A stretch of DNA of 32,000 bases from Candidatus Saccharimonadota bacterium (GCA_046350815.1 JAXLZO010000001.1:420001-452000); one strand, 5' to 3'. Shown: positions 9,582-19,962, counted from the first letter of the stretch. Program-made: numbers and translations. Notes: generated from the letters alone by a model not told the origin.

Positions 9582-10150
9582 GAATTCAATGAGATATTGG
9601 AAGTTATAATTTCATCGCTCTTCAGGGTTATCTCTCTAAAAATAAAATAGAGGCTGAGGTTGTGCCACTCTATACGACCGAATGAGTTCTCCAGGCACTT
9701 CAAGATGGAATGGTGGATCTCGGTCAGTTTGCTCTTGCGAATTCCACTGGGGGATTGGTGGATGAGACGATTCGTGTGTTGGGGTATTATCATTGGGATT
9801 ATGTCACGCATTATGCTATCAAGATAGAGCATTGTATTCTTGCTCGGATCGGATCGACGTTGGAAGATATTTCCATTATTATGGCTCACGAACAGGCAAT
9901 CAAACAATGTAGAAATAATCTTGTAAAACTCTACCCAGAAAAAATACTTCAAAGTGGGGAAGGTGAGTGGAGTGATAATGCTCGAATTGCTCGTGGTCTT
10001 GCTCATAGTGCGCTTCCAAAACATGTTGGTTGTCTTGGTCATCGATCACTCGCAGAGCTTTATGGACTCCAAGTTCTTGCAGAATGACTTCAAGATCGGG
10101 CTGACAATGAGACGACTTTTGTGTTGGTGAGATGAAACAATGTAGAGTAG
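9563..10150 (+). CDS. pheA: Prephenate dehydratase (PDT) catalytic domain only, 195 aa, no ACT domain
   Basis: MKIQKIGIQ-G-DIGSYNFIALQGYL...VVPLYTTE-G-VLQALQDGMVDLGQFALANSTGGLVDETI...DNETTFVLVR. Contains track ORF 9710..10087. Stop is TAG 10148. The start overlaps murG by 19 nt. Confidence 0.75.
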
Positions 10151-10251
10151 CATTTGGTTCAATCTATGAAATAGTTGCAATGACTATAGATAAATCTTTC
10201 ATCATTTCATGGAACCATAAATCAATGAGTATAGTTCATGACAATGGTTAC

Positions 10252-10281
10252 AAAAATAACACCTCTAGAGGTGTTATTTTT
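10252..10281. terminator. 30-bp perfect palindrome acting as a bidirectional terminator between convergent pheA and trpA
   Basis: AAAAATAACACCTCT|AGAGGTGTTATTTTT is an exact inverted repeat with flanking A and T runs. Confidence 0.8.
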
Positions 10282-10395
10282 GTATGCTTCATCGCATGAT
10301 AGAGGTGAATTTGAGATTCATTGACCTGCAACTTCAACCACTTTGCATCGCACTGAGAAGATATTGCTATAATGAAGCCATAGATAAGATAGAGA

Positions 10396-11166
10396 CTAGA
10401 TTTTAGTAATTTCTTGTAAGAACTTTTCTAGTCATATGAGTCAGGATTGCTGAAAAATTGTTATGAGTACTGATCAGAGAATTGGAAATGCTCCAGAATT
10501 TCTGATATGAATGATATCAGTTATGGTTTTTACTCCAAAGCCAACCCCAATTTTACCTTTGTATACTTCACGAATTTTGTTTGTATATATATGAACATTC
10601 TTTTCAAAGTTTACATTACTTCAGGTGATTGCATTCGTCGAGATCGCATAGAGAAAAGGACTTTTTATATTTCCGATCATGTTTTTTATTCTTCTTGACG
10701 GCGTTGATGGTGCTATTACCGGTATGAGAGCAAGATCTCTTTTCTTCATTTCAAGGAGAAGTTGTTCTCCATCAACGGTATCAAAAGGGATATCAGGGAT
10801 AATGCATCATACAACTCATGATTTCTGACAAAGGTCGAGGAATGGCTCGAGACCATACGTATATATGCGATGATAATAGGTCATAATAAGTATCTCACAG
10901 TCTGTATTTTTGTGTCTTCTATTCATCAGCTGGAATACTCATTCTAAATCCATATTATTCCCAATAGCTACATTATTGGCATCCGAAATGACAGTTCCAT
11001 CAGCGATAGGATCATTGAACGGGATTTGTACTTCAACATATCTACTATATTTGCAGAGAAGATTCAGTATCTGTTCACTCGTTTCTTTATCTGGATATCC
11101 GGCTACGAGATGTGTCATCATAAGATTGGACATATGCGTGAAGGTAGGGGATAAATTTTGCGTCAA
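10396..11166 (-). CDS. trpA: Tryptophan synthase alpha subunit, ~256 aa
   Basis: Track ORF 10939..11166 (...[42 protein letters not shown]...) was walked codon by codon through TGAs to TAG 10396-10398. Motifs: ...[15 protein letters not shown]..., [27 protein letters not shown]. The start is TTG 11166 or ATG 11133. Confidence 0.85.
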
Positions 11167-12352
11167 AATAAGGTGCTGTTATAAAGAGATCTTTTTCACC
11201 GCGACCTGAGAGATTGACAACAACATTAGTGTTGTTTGGGAGGGTTGGAAGTATCTTGATAGCATGAGCAACCGCATGAGCAGACTCAAGTGCTGGAAGA
11301 ATTCACTCGTACTGCATTAGTATTTGTACTGCCTCCAAAGCCTCGCGGTCTGTGGCGGCAAACATTTCAAGACGATTGATGCTTTGTAGATATGCAATCT
11401 GGGGGGATACCCCAGCATAGTCAAGACCTGCTGAAATAGAACTTGTTTCCCTGATATGCCATTCAGTTGTTTGTAGGAAGATAGATTTGAATCATTGGGT
11501 AACTCATATTTTTCCATCTGCAAATCGGGCAGCATGCTCTCCTGTATCAATTCATCTTCATCATGCCTCCACTCCCATTAGCCTTGTATTTGTATCGTCG
11601 AGAAAGTCATAAAATAAGCCAAGGGAATTGCTGCCGCCACCAACACAAGCTATAAGTATATCAGGGTTGGCACCAATTTTTTCCTGAAATTGCAATCGAA
11701 CCTCTTCTCCAATAATTTTCTGAAAAAATACGTTCATGGATGGATAGGGTGCGGGACCACAGGCAGTACCGAGAAGATAGTAACTCTCATCAGCATGAGC
11801 TATCAAATCTTGAAGTGCTGCGGTGATTGCGGAACGAAGAGTTGCGCTCCCGGTATGAACGGGAATTACCTTCGCTCACGCCAACTCCATAGCATATACA
11901 TTTGGTCTTTGGCGGTCATAATCTTTTGCTCCCATATAGATAACACATTCTATCCCCATGCGCGCACATATACTTGCTGTTGCGATGCCATGTTGTCATG
12001 CGCCTGTTTCGGCAATGATTCTGGTTTTTCCAAGATATTTTGCAAGAAGTGCCTGTCCGACACAATGATTTATTTTATGGGCTCATGTATGGTTCGTTCA
12101 TTCGTTCTTTATGAAGAGTCTTGCACCACCAAGATACTGAGAGAGCCTATTACAGGATACAAGTGGTGATGGACGTCCTATATATTCTCGATAGAGCGCA
12201 TGTAGATCTTGGAGAAAATTTGGATCATCCTTGAGTCGAAAGAATGCTTGTGATATTTCTTCCATGAGTGGATGGAGTAGCTCTGGTATATACGCCCCTC
12301 CAAAGTCACCAAAGTATCCAGATCGGTTTATAATGATTTCTTTTAGCGTCAT
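11087..12352 (-). CDS. trpB: Tryptophan synthase beta subunit, 421 aa
   Basis: Fragments 12098..12352 and 11561..11806 plus the tail lie in one frame. Motifs: H-T-[TGA]-AHKINH (PLP lysine motif), [49 protein letters not shown]. Stop TAA 11087-11089 lies inside trpA. Confidence 0.92.
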
Positions 12353-12579
12353 AGTGGGTCAAAGTAAGTTTGTAATATGTGTTTCATTCTTCCTCGAGTT
12401 TCAGAGGTAATGCTTTGTGGGTTTTTGGGTAACATAGTTTTGATTCGCTTTCTTTCTACTTCTGAGAGAGAAGCAAGATGATTTGTGAGCTGAATGGGTG
12501 AAATTTCGAGAAAGATGGATTTCAAAGTAGTATAAAATACCTCATCATCTTCAAGATGAGTTGCGTTTGTGGAGTTCAT
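12343..12579 (-). CDS. Small hypothetical protein, 78 aa, between the TrpR-like gene and trpB
   Basis: Track ORF 12349..12579 extends 2 codons past its TGA to TAA 12343. It starts 3 nt after the upstream gene's TAG and overlaps the trpB start by 10 nt. It contains no Trp codons. Confidence 0.5.
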
Positions 12580-12582
12580 AGT

Positions 12583-12828
12583 CTATAAATATTTTGAAAT
12601 AGTGTTGTCTTCGTATTGGAGAATGCGATTGCCACGACTAACAGTTGTGACCGATATGGCGAGTTCTTCGGCAATGGTACGTTGGGTTTTGCCTTCTTGG
12701 AGCATTTTGAGGAGTCGTATGCGATCGGCAATCTCAGTAATTTCTGCTGGTGTAAGAAGATCAGCAAGTACACCTGACAAATCAGTGATTGTGTCGATTC
12801 GCCACAATGTATCTGTAACAAGCTTCAA
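12583..12828 (-). CDS. TrpR-like (YerC/YecD family) helix-turn-helix protein, 81 aa
   Basis: LADLLTPAEITEIADRIRLLKMLQEGKTQRTIAEELAISVTTVSRGNRILQ matches my memory of the YerC/YecD Trp-repressor-like pattern. It sits directly upstream of trpBA. True stop is TAG 12583. Confidence 0.7.
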   Translation of the reverse strand: MKLVTDTLWRIDTITDLSGVLADLLTPAEITEIADRIRLLKMLQEGKTQRTIAEELAISVTTVSRGNRILQYEDNTISKYL

Positions 12829-12897
12829 TCATTCTGGATACTTCATATATTGTATTAGTATGGTGATACAATATGAGTTCTTTCATAAAATGCAAAT

Positions 12898-12925
12898 AAA
12901 AACTTACCGATTTTGGTAAGTTTTG
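12898..12925 (-). terminator. Rho-independent terminator of the 12960..13436 gene
   Basis: Stem AAAACTTACC (12899-12908) / GGTAAGTTTT (12915-12924). On the minus strand it is followed by TTTTTATTT. Confidence 0.75.
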
Positions 12926-12959
12926 AGGACTTTAATTCGATAGAAGAGAAGAATTGATG

Positions 12960-13436
12960 TTAAGCAGCATCTTTCGCTGATTTGAATAATACAACATTAG
13001 AGTCTTGTTCTTGTCTAAATAGTGTAGATATTTGTGTGATAATATGTGTCCGAATATCATCGATCTGTTCTGATAGCATGATCTTTGCATATTCTTTTTC
13101 TCCGTTTTGGTTGATTTTTGTAACACCAACACCAATATTTGACCATTCTTGTGAATCAGTCGGTCGTGATCGAAAAATGCTTGAAATAGAGATATTCTCA
13201 AGAGGAAAATCTTGTTGAATGATTTGATGAATTTCTTTAGAAAAACCTTCAGCCTTTGCTCTATATTTCAAATCTCTGCGAAGTGTTGCTGTGAGAGTTT
13301 GATATTTTTCTTGGTATTCTTCTGGAGTCCAAGATGATGGATTTTCATCGGGATAGTAATACTCTATGGTGGTTGGATTGATAGATCTGATGATAAAGTT
13401 ATCGATCTCGTCATGTGAGGCTATAAGATTCCGCAT
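12960..13436 (-). CDS. Hypothetical protein, 158 aa
   Basis: Intact ORF ATG 13436 to TAA 12960 with typical AT-rich composition and its own terminator. No recognisable motif. Confidence 0.6.
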   Translation of the reverse strand: MRNLIASHDEIDNFIIRSINPTTIEYYYPDENPSSWTPEEYQEKYQTLTATLRRDLKYRAKAEGFSKEIHQIIQQDFPLENISISSIFRSRPTDSQEWSNIGVGVTKINQNGEKEYAKIMLSEQIDDIRTHIITQISTLFRQEQDSNVVLFKSAKDAA

Positions 13437-13575
13437 ATTGATTGAAAATAATAGATTTCAAAAATTGAGTGAAACTCCAATTCTATGTTTTGTCGATGAC
13501 TTGTCAAAAAAAGTTTCTCCATTCTCCTCTTTTCGCTTTTTTAGAGTTTTTCGCTATAATTCCCCAAATTTTTCT

Positions 13576-14970
13576 ATGTTTGCATTTTCTGCCGTTAATC
13601 TGGGCTGTTCCAAAAATCTTGTCGATCTTGAGTTTGCTATTGGGGAGATACTCAAATGGAGTGATCGTGTCCCAGTTGAATATATCAGTGATCCAGACGA
13701 TCCCAATGCTGAATATATTATCGTGAATACGTGTGGTTTTCTCTCGTCTGCACGCCGTGAAAGTGAGGAGACGCTTGCGTACTATGATTCTCTCTGAAAA
13801 AAGCTGGTCCTCATGGGGTGTTATGTCTCTGTCAAAGATGATGCATTTCTCTCGAGTCTCAAGAACCTCAAAGCAGTCGTTCCATTTATTAGTTATTCTA
13901 CAATCGAGGAACTTGTGACCGGAAAGAAATCAAAATTTAACCTTGGTGCTATTGCACGCGCTCGCAAGGCGGCACATGAATCGAAGGAAGCAAAACTCAC
14001 TGAATATCTCGAATCCATCCAAGCACCTGGCAAATGAAACAAAGCCTTTGTTTGGACTGGTAATGAAGTTCGGGCATATATTCATGCTCCTTTTGGATAT
14101 GAATATCTCAAAATTGCAGAAGGATGTGATAATAATTGTACTTTTTGTATTATCCCTAATATTCGCGGACGACAGAATTCTCGAAAAATAGAGGATGTAC
14201 TTTCAGAAGTGAAGATGATGCTTGCAAACGGAATTCGTGAGATACAGATTCTTGCACAGGATACGACTCGATATGGTACAGACATCAATGATGGCAAGAG
14301 TCTCCTCCTCGATCTCCTTGAAAAAATAGACCAGTTAGAGGGGGACTTCAAATTTCGAGTCTACTATCTCTATCCTGATACACTCACCCTTGAGCATCTT
14401 GATCGACTCGCAAAACTCAAGAAATTTCTTCCATACTTTGACATACCATTTCAGCACGCGAGTGAAAAGGTCCTCAAACTGATGGGTCGTCATTATGATC
14501 GCGCACATATTGATGATATGCTCTTGAGTATCCGTACAAAATTCCCTCAATCTTTCATACGAACAAGTTTCATTGTTGGTTTTCCTGGTGAGTGAGATGA
14601 AGATTTTGAAATACTCAAGGCATTTGTTGAGAGAGAGCGATTTGAGAGTGTGGGAATTTTTGAATATCACGATGAACCCCTTGCAGCCAGCTCGAAACTT
14701 CCGAGTAAGATAGATGATGAGACGACGAGAAAAAGGTCAACCGAAATTGGTGTCATTCTTGAGCGTATCTATACCGAACAGAGAGGCACACGAAAATGAC
14801 AAGAGAGCCAAGGATATATCATGGAGCTTCGTAAAAAGACGGCTATTATCCGACGAGAAATCACAGCCCCAGAAGTTGATGAATACGATGAGATAGAGTA
14901 TAGATTGATTGACTCACCACGGGATCAACTCGAAATTGGATCCTTTGTTCATTATTGCCAACCATCGTAA
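13576..14970 (+). CDS. rimO: Ribosomal protein S12 methylthiotransferase RimO (radical SAM MTTase), 464 aa
   Basis: MFAFSAVNLGCSKNLVDLE..., IIVNTCGFL, radical-SAM CDNNCTFC, FIVGFPGE-G-DEDF, C-terminal TRAM-like region. Fragments 13813..14037 and 14209..14595 share the frame. Stop is TAA 14968. RimO versus MiaB assignment rests on the N-terminal pattern only. Confidence 0.8.
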
Positions 14971-14978
14971 TTTCCCCC

Positions 14979-16703
14979 ATGAAGTTTTTTCAGAATCGCT
15001 CCCTGATCGTTATCTTTTTGATATTCAGTCCTCTCTTTTTTTCAGAGGGCGTTTTTGCTGCATCTGGAGATGTGACTCGATCCCAATTTATCTCGACGCT
15101 TCTTGAGGCAAATTGTGATTCATGTAAGATCGTGAACGCAATCGATGCATGGAAATTTGAGACGCCCCGTTTTGCAGATGTAGGACTCTCGAATCCTGAT
15201 TATTATTGTATTGAGAAAGCTATTTCTAAGTGATATGTTGAGGGATATGATAGTGCCACTCTCTGCCAAGATGGATCGAATGCATCAGGGTCAAAATTTT
15301 GTCCAAATAATCTCATCACGAGGATTGAGGCAAGTGCGGTACTTTTGCGACAAGCATTTATTTGGAGTGACTCACAAGATGTTGCTGATACTACCCCACG
15401 TGGCACTATAACTGGTTTAGATCCACGATGGAATCGATATGCGCGCAAGGCGATCGAAGCATGACTTGTGACTGGTGATATCAATACTATCCGCTGGAAT
15501 GATCCGATTTCTCAGATAGAGTGGACGGATATGCTCACGAAATTTGATGCTATTAAAATGTGTGTTAACCCATTCTCTAATCCAAATTCCTTTGGTCTTG
15601 ATATTGGAGTAAATTCCAGCTCGACTGCTGGAGGAATAACTACTTACAATCTTTCAAGTTTCGTTGATGGTCGTGATTCGGATGAGGTCACATATGAGTG
15701 GATTATCACGAAGAGATCACCTAGCGTACCGGATGTTATTGCTACCTATTCAAGTACGAATGCACCTACAATATCACTCAATCCGAACGAAGAATACGGT
15801 GTTCATCTTCGAGTCAGGGATGTAGCAGGTATCCAAAGCGAGGCGTTCGTATCGCTCTCAAATAATGCGAATCAAGTGCTTGATCCGAATTTATCAACCA
15901 TTTATGGTGGTAATCCAACGGTTGTGACTGGAGCGATAGTTGGTAATACGGATCTTATGTGGAATGATAATTGATTATCAAGTAGTACATGAGCTCTCTG
16001 GAGTTCTAGTTATACAACAGCTTGAGCACACCAGATTTCTCTTATTGATAGAATTGGTGATAATGTTATGACTCGTATGAGTACGGTTGGTATCATAGCG
16101 AATACCGATCTCGATAGTGATGGAATCTCGAATGCAAATGATCTCTGTCCAAGTATCAAGTGAACTCTCTCAAATGGTTGCCCATCTATCGTGCTCTATG
16201 GCGAAAAAACACCAACATGAGTGTATATTGAGACGATCAACCAAGATACTAAGGAAGTAGCTATCAACTATACAGGGGATAGTCAAGCTGAGGTAAATTA
16301 TGGAGATGGATCAGATCCTGTTATTATTTGGCCGGGAAGATCGTTCCATATATTCCAAGGTGATCTTGGAAATTATAATGTTTCCCTTCGTCTTCTTGGA
16401 GGTCGAAACGCCTGATCATTTTTGTATTTGAATGTTGGATTCGATGGAAATGGAGTAGCATATGGTGGAAAAGTTCGGTGACTCTATGATGGTGCAAGTG
16501 CGTGTGAAAAGACAGCAATTTCGAGATATGGATCACTCGATGTTGTAGTAGCCTGCAATCAATGTCCATGTCCACAAATGATCAATTCTCTCATGGATAT
16601 TAAGGCATGTGACACGCTCTATCCAACTTTTCTCTCTAATGACAAATCCACCCTCTTCTCTCAGGGTCCGTGAGTTGATGTGAGTTTTGATTTTTGATTT
16701 TAA
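14979..16703 (+). CDS. Secreted cell-envelope protein, 574 aa, with SLH-like repeats and a TSP3-like Ca-binding motif
   Basis: Signal peptide MKFFQNRSLIVIFLIFSPLFFSEGVFA|AS. SLH-like FADVGLSNPDYYCIEKAISK-G-YVEGY...FCPNNLITRIEASAVLLRQ with a second copy RWNRYARKAIEA-G-LVTG. Also DLDSDGISNANDLCP. Fragments 14955.., 15468.. and 16221.. share the frame. The gap 15972-16221 was indexed codon by codon and the other TGA junctions read through in frame. Stop is TAA 16701. Confidence 0.7.
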
Positions 16704-16715
16704 TATATTTTTTCA

Positions 16716-17867
16716 ATGAGTACACAACTCCATCTCCATCAACCGGGAAATATTTTTCGACTCCTTGCAACAACCATTGCGGGACTTGAGTCGCTGACGA
16801 AATATGAGATCCAAGATCGTGGACAAAATTTGCTTCGTAGTGAAGATCGCTCGCTTCTCTTTGAGACAGATCTTCGATGAGTTTATCAATCACTCATCTC
16901 AAGTCGCTATGCGAACCGTATCTATCTTGTTCTCTGAGAATTTGAATGAGTCACTGATTTTGATGAGCTCTATCGAGTGATGTCTCTCATAGGCTGGTCA
17001 TCTCTTCTTCCGCAAGATCATCCAGTTGTTATCGATGCAGCTTCGATCACATCAGAACTCTCAAGTATTCCGAGCATCCAACGAGTTGCAACAAAAGCAC
17101 TTCATGAGCAGATACAACTTCGACCACAGTATGGACGTGATGAGATTCATATTGAGCTGCTGCTCAAAAAAAATCGTCTCTCTATTCTTCTCGATATAAC
17201 CTGAGAAGCACTCCATAAGCGCGGGTATCGCAAAGAATCATGAGAAGCACCACTCAAAGAAACACTTGCAGCAGCACTTGTCACGCTTTCTAGATACCGA
17301 GGCAATACATCATTCTATGATTATTTTGCTGGTTCCGGGACGATCGCTATTGAGGCAGCTATGATTGCTCGTCGTATTGCTCCAGGACTCTTTCGAGGAT
17401 TTCGTATTTCGTCACTTCCATGGCATGATGATGGGATTCTAGATGAGGTTCTCGACAAGGCTGAGGCTACTATACTCCCAATAGATCAGTGCAGGAATGG
17501 TGACAAGGCGATAAAGATTTTTGCTTCAGATTCTGATGCATTCATGCAAACAATCGCACTATCGAATGCGAGGCGAGCTCTCGTCGCAGATATGATTGAG
17601 TGGCGAACAGGAAGTTTTGAGACACTCTCTCGAGATGACCTCGCGCTGGGTCAGCCCATACATTGGGTCAGCAATCCACCATATGGGGATCGCATGGAGT
17701 TGAGTGATGATCTTCGATGGTCACTCATTGATTTTCTCAAACACTCACTCACACGAGGCGGTATCATCATGGCGGATGAATACGTCCATGAAGAACTACG
17801 AAGAATTTCTTTTAAGAATCGTAAATTCAATCAGGGAGGAATGAATGCATATTTTTATAGTAAGTAA
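16716..17867 (+). CDS. THUMP-domain class I SAM-dependent RNA methyltransferase (RlmL N-terminal half / YpsC-like), 383 aa
   Basis: ...LD [29 protein letters not shown]..., FAGSGTIAIEAA (motif I), SNPPYG (motif IV). Fragments 16977..17204 and 17361..17867 share the frame. Confidence 0.8.
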
Positions 17868-17936
17868 AAATTGTGAAAGATTGGAAAACTCGGAAAAAAT
17901 CGGTAAAGTATAGTTATATTTCATATCTTCATTTTT

Positions 17937-18758
17937 ATGAGCAAACATCATTCTTTGGGAAGTCAGAACAATATTATGATTGCGGGTATTGCTCTCGGTG
18001 CTATTGTGATCGCCATTCTCCTTGCAGTCTTGGTCAAGGTAACTGCCGAGGAGCATGAATGTGAGAAGAAAATGGGATTCTATGATACATCTACTCGTAA
18101 GTGTCGTATCAATACTTCGACTGGAGAGCCAATCGAGGCAAACACCAATAAAATTACCTTTACAACACCAAATCGTGAAGTAGTCGTGACTGGCAGTCTT
18201 GCTCCAAATTTCAACGGAACGAAGACACTCATCAATCCTGATTTGAGAGAGATTTCTCGTGTTATTGAGGGTGTACAGGACTCGCTCCAAAAGCCGAGTA
18301 TCGATACCAATGATCGAAAAAGATACGCATTTGAAGCAGGGCAACTTTCATTTGCTCTCGATATTCCAAAATCATGAGTATCTGTTACTGTCTATCGTGG
18401 TAAGAACAATCTCCTCTATGCAACCACCACCAATAGTGGAGCAATGACGCCAGGAGCTTATGTAGCGATCCGTGGACAACTCACAGCACCAGAGTATATC
18501 TCTCGAGTGATTCTTGCGAAGCTCGATGATGCATCACGAGCCACTTGTCGCATCTATGAAAGCAAGGTATCATCAGCAGGTACCTATTACTACACTCTTC
18601 AGGGCGCAGGCTGTGCAAAATTGGATAGCATGTACCAGAATGTGGTATTCAGTATGAACAATACTCGGATCCCATCTCTCATCGTGATATCACCAGAATC
18701 AAACACTCTACTTGATTTAGAATCTATTATTATTCCAAGTCCAAGATTTGTGCAATAA
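17937..18758 (+). CDS. Membrane-anchored hypothetical protein, 273 aa
   Basis: Fragments 17937..18377 and 18444..18758 share the frame and are joined by a TGA. There is an N-terminal TM helix IMIAGIALGAIVIAILLAVLV. Stop is TAA. Confidence 0.65.
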
Positions 18759-18775
18759 GAATGGAATACTATATC

Positions 18776-18810
18776 AAAAATAATCCCACAACAATAAGGG
18801 GATTATTTTT
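18776..18810 (+). terminator. Rho-independent terminator
   Basis: AAAAATAATCCC (18776-18787), 10-nt loop, GGGGATTATTTTT (18798-18810). Confidence 0.75.
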
Positions 18811-18854
18811 GAGATTTCTTCATGACGTAATGATTTTTTTCTATAAGATAATCT

Positions 18855-18863
18855 TGATATAAT
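18855..18863 (+). promoter_or_regulatory. Extended -10 promoter (TGATATAAT) of methyltransferase M1, near-leaderless
   Basis: TG at 18855-18856 and TATAAT at 18858-18863. The ATG at 18872 is only 8 nt downstream. Confidence 0.5.
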
Positions 18864-18871
18864 ACTCTCTT

Positions 18872-19654
18872 ATGCCGCATCATAACGATTTTGATCTTCA
18901 AAATTGGAAAGAAATAGATCTCAATATGGATAGTTTGTGGATAATTAATGAGCGAGCAAAAGGTGGGAAACACTCTAATTTTTACCATGGAAATTTTATT
19001 CCACAAATTCCGAATCATTTTATTCAAAGATACACAAAAAAATGATGATGGGTGTATGATCCATTCCTTGGTAGCGCAACAACAGCTATAGAATGTGAAA
19101 TACTTGAACGGAATATCATAGGAATAGATATACAGGATGCGCTCATCGAAAGAGTAAAAAATCTGATTCCATCCAATCTGATTCATGCTCATTTTTGAGT
19201 ATGAGATAGCGGGTCAAAAGAGATACTCGAAAAAGTACAGAAGATATTGAAACATCGAGAGATTGATGGCGTAGATCTTGCAATTCTTCATCCGCCATAT
19301 GCTGATATTATTAAATTTAGTGATCAAGAAGGTGATTTATCAAATACAAAAGATACCCAACATTTTCTTGAATCCTTTGGTAAAGTCATTCACAATACCT
19401 ACAAAATTCTCAAGAAAAAAGGCTATATGGTGATAGTAATCGGAGATGCATATAAGAATAGCGAATGGGTGCCGCTTGGTTTTATGTGTATGACTGAAGC
19501 TCAGAAACATTGATTTCTCCTCAAATCAATAATAGTGAAGAATATGGAAGGGAATAGAGGAAAGATGGGTGCGAGCGGTATATGGAAATATCGAGCCCTA
19601 TCGAGTGACTACTACATTTTCAAACATGAGTATATTTTAGTTTTTAAGAAATAA
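18872..19654 (+). CDS. R-M methyltransferase M1: amino-(N6A/N4C) DNA methyltransferase, 260 aa, motif order X-I...IV (gamma-like)
   Basis: HGNFIPQIPNHFIQRYTKK-GG-WVYDPFLGSATTAIECEILERNIIGIDI (motif X plus FxGxG), later DLAILHPPYADI (PPY motif IV with His). Contains track ORF 19247..19513. Five in-frame TGA. Stop is TAA 19652. Confidence 0.75.
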
Positions 19655-19692
19655 TAAAACAACCCGGAACATATTTTTTCTATTACATAGAT

Positions 19693-19733
19693 ACTTATAG
19701 TCTGTAGATTTATAGTCATCATTTCTTATAGTG
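19693..19733 (+). promoter_or_regulatory. C-box operator: three TTATAGT(C/G) repeats upstream of the controller gene
   Basis: ACTTATAGTC (19693-19702), TGTAG, ATTTATAGTC (19708-19717), ATCATTT, CTTATAGTG (19725-19733). The C-gene ATG is at 19759. This resembles GACTTATAGTC-type C-boxes as I remember them. Confidence 0.7.
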
Positions 19734-19758
19734 AATTTACTTTTATTTTTCGTCTATC

Positions 19759-19962
19759 ATGGATATTAAGAAATCTTTTTGAGAAACAATCCGAGCTTTA
19801 CGAAAAGAGAGAAAAATTTCTCAAGAATGACTTGCTGAAAAATCCTGACTGCATAGAACCTATATAGGTAATGTGGAAAGATGAGAAAAGAATATTTCTC
19901 TCGAAAATATCGCTATTCTTGCAATAGCTCTAGAGGTGGAAATAAAAGATTTATTTTCGTAA
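19759..19962 (+). CDS. Controller (C) protein, XRE-family HTH, 67 aa
   Basis: MDIKKSF-G-ETIRALRKERKISQE-G-LAEKS-G-LHRTYIGNVER-G-EKNISLENIAILAIALEVEIKDLFS carries the C-protein signature GLHRTYIG..ERG..N.SL.N. Four TGA fall at Gly positions. Stop is TAA 19960. Confidence 0.85.

Noticed and set aside
9509-10042. 177-aa minus-strand ORF
   Set aside because: It is antisense to the murG 3' end and pheA, both supported by conserved motifs. It is a shadow ORF.
10282-10395. TTGACC ... TATAAT (GCTATAATGAAGCC) promoter-like sequence and a 40-codon ORF (10179..10301) in the pheA/trpA convergent spacer
   Set aside because: The -35/-10 spacing is far too long (~40 nt) and the element would fire antisense into trpA. 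The small ORF runs through the terminator palindrome. There is not enough support to call either.
11690-12169. 159-aa plus-strand ORF
   Set aside because: It is antisense to trpB (PLP-lysine motif region), so it is a shadow ORF.
17796-18344. 182-aa minus-strand ORF
   Set aside because: It is antisense to the THUMP MTase 3' end and the membrane protein gene. The + strand reading gives coherent proteins followed by a terminator.
18803-19192. 129-aa minus-strand ORF
   Set aside because: It is antisense to methyltransferase M1, whose DPFLGSATT and HPPY motifs lie on the + strand.
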